Assembly: GCA_045633625.1 (NCBI GenBank)
Contig: JAZQYP010000065.1
Coordinates: 21,076 to 85,075, forward strand
Length of the DNA: 64,000 nucleotides
Direction: 5' to 3'
Source: Eubacteriales bacterium
GTDB lineage: Bacteria > Bacillota > Clostridia > Oscillospirales > CAG-272
The position numbers were made by a program, and so were the translations under genes. Shown in pieces: positions 63,119 through 64,000 of the stretch (within the stretch, counting starts at the first letter, position 1; each line of letters opens with the position of its first letter). Under the pieces are notes generated by a model. That model had not been told where the DNA came from. It searched no databases and saw nothing but the letters and a program-made list of their open reading frames with translations.

Positions 63119-64000
63119 TTAATTACATTCTTCGGTTATAAAGCGGAGCACACCTGCCGACCATCCGTGGCACAGGCTGTGACGGAAGCCGCGGTAGCAG
63201 TATGCGCCAAGGTCGCCGTGAATATCGCGCTCATTCTTCTTTGGAAGTCTTGTTATGGGGGCGCTGTTTTCTACCCAAGCCATATCGAAATCCTCAAAGA
63301 AGGTCGTCGCTCCCATATCAAGCATAGCACCGTAGTAGGTCTTCATCATATCTATCGCCGCCGCCTTATCAAAGGACGCTACAGCCTTTAGTATATAATA
63401 GCTCATAAAGGTGGACATACCCTTCGCGCCACCCTCGGTGAGCAGTGCCTTGTCGGCGTCATCAAGCTCCGTCGCAAAGAATTTAAGAGCCGCAACCTGC
63501 TTCATTTCGTGTACGCATATTTCCTTTTTCATAAGACGGTCAAGAAGCTCTTTTGCTTTTGCGGTGTCGCGCCCAAACGCACCGAGAAGCTCTATAGCCG
63601 CTTTTGCCGCCATAATATTTATCGCTCTTGCGCCCTCTGTCTCATCGGATTTATGGCGCGTTGCCCAATCCACAAAATACGAAGGGTAGTGCATCTCGCC
63701 ATTCTCATCAACGTTTGCGAGGAAAAGGTCAATAAGTCCCTCTGCATAGTCAAGCTGCGCCTCGGCAAAATCACGCGCCCCCGTGTATTTATAATAGTCG
63801 GACACGATAATGAGCCACCACATCGAGTACATAGGGAAGCGGTTCATAAAGGCGGGCAGGGGAGTCTGATCTTTTACAAATTCAAGTGAGCGCTCGATAA
63901 CGTATAGTCTACCGTAAAGAGCTGTCAGCGCCAGCATTTCGGGGTGAACGTCGCCCACCCAAACGAGTCTGTCGCGCTTGATGCCGTCCCAAAGATAGTC
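63119..64000 (-). CDS. six-hairpin glycoside hydrolase, alpha-L-rhamnosidase (GH78)-like, 5'-truncated by window edge
   Basis: The reading frame stays open to position 64000 (..DYLWDGIKRDRLVWVGDVHPEM..). The RDRxxWxGD block and the C-terminal SLCHGWSAG are typical of the GH78 catalytic domain. Confidence 0.5.
   Translation of the reverse strand, partial: DYLWDGIKRDRLVWVGDVHPEMLALTALYGRLYVIERSLEFVKDQTPLPAFMNRFPMYSMWWLIIVSDYYKYTGARDFAEAQLDYAEGLIDLFLANVDENGEMHYPSYFVDWATRHKSDETEGARAINIMAAKAAIELLGAFGRDTAKAKELLDRLMKKEICVHEMKQVAALKFFATELDDADKALLTEGGAKGMSTFMSYYILKAVASFDKAAAIDMMKTYYGAMLDMGATTFFEDFDMAWVENSAPITRLPKKNERDIHGDLGAYCYRGFRHSLCHGWSAGVLRFITEECN

Noticed and set aside
61913-63391. A 492-aa plus-strand ORF spanning the pepF and GH78-like genes.
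   Set aside because: It is antisense to pepF (HEAGH motif on the minus strand) and crosses an intergenic gap. It is a shadow ORF.

Overview
This is a 64-kb chromosomal window from a Gram-positive, Clostridia-like genome. That placement rests on gene content, GGAGG-type RBSs and TTGACA-17-TGnTATAAT promoters; the exact taxon cannot be set from sequence alone. All calls were made by eye from the sequence and the ORF track, without tools.

Most of the window is housekeeping:
- the gltX 5' end, an MBL hydrolase, rpmB, and rpsF-ssb-rpsR
- a (membrane Zn-ribbon)-deoD-deoB-cdd nucleoside operon
- an HD hydrolase, an M15-like peptidase, rpsO-pnp, a split TauE/SafE pair, and ftsK
- a T-box-controlled ilvA-ridA pair
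- a second T-box-controlled ilvB-ilvN-ilvC-(ECF S component)-ilvD-leuA-leuC-leuD-leuB-ilvE operon
- an AraC-linked cytoplasmic operon of heparinase-II/III-like proteins plus redox enzymes
- a DtxR-type regulator and a Trp-T-box-controlled stand-alone trpB
- a sigma / putative anti-sigma / VWA lipoprotein / serpin lipoprotein / lipoprotein operon
- pepF and a GH78-like glycosidase fragment

The most unusual region is 15.0-27.4 kb. It holds seven tandem, same-strand paralogous genes, each with its own promoter and terminator. Each encodes a Sec signal peptide, shuffled beta-sandwich-like modules, a linker built from 15-bp tandem repeats, and a nearly invariant C-terminal tail (G-C-G-[AS]-S, a TM helix, then KRR). 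That tail has the three-part layout of a protein-sorting signal, but no processing enzyme is present in the window.

The second candidate is a roughly 165-nt structured leader ending in a UUCG-capped intrinsic terminator. It lies upstream of a lipoprotein that carries His-Cys3 mini-repeats and BspA-type LRRs.

Two unrelated palindromic (REP/MITE-like) elements lie in intergenic DNA. I saw no rRNA, tRNA, CRISPR array, transposase, integrase or recognisable defence system.
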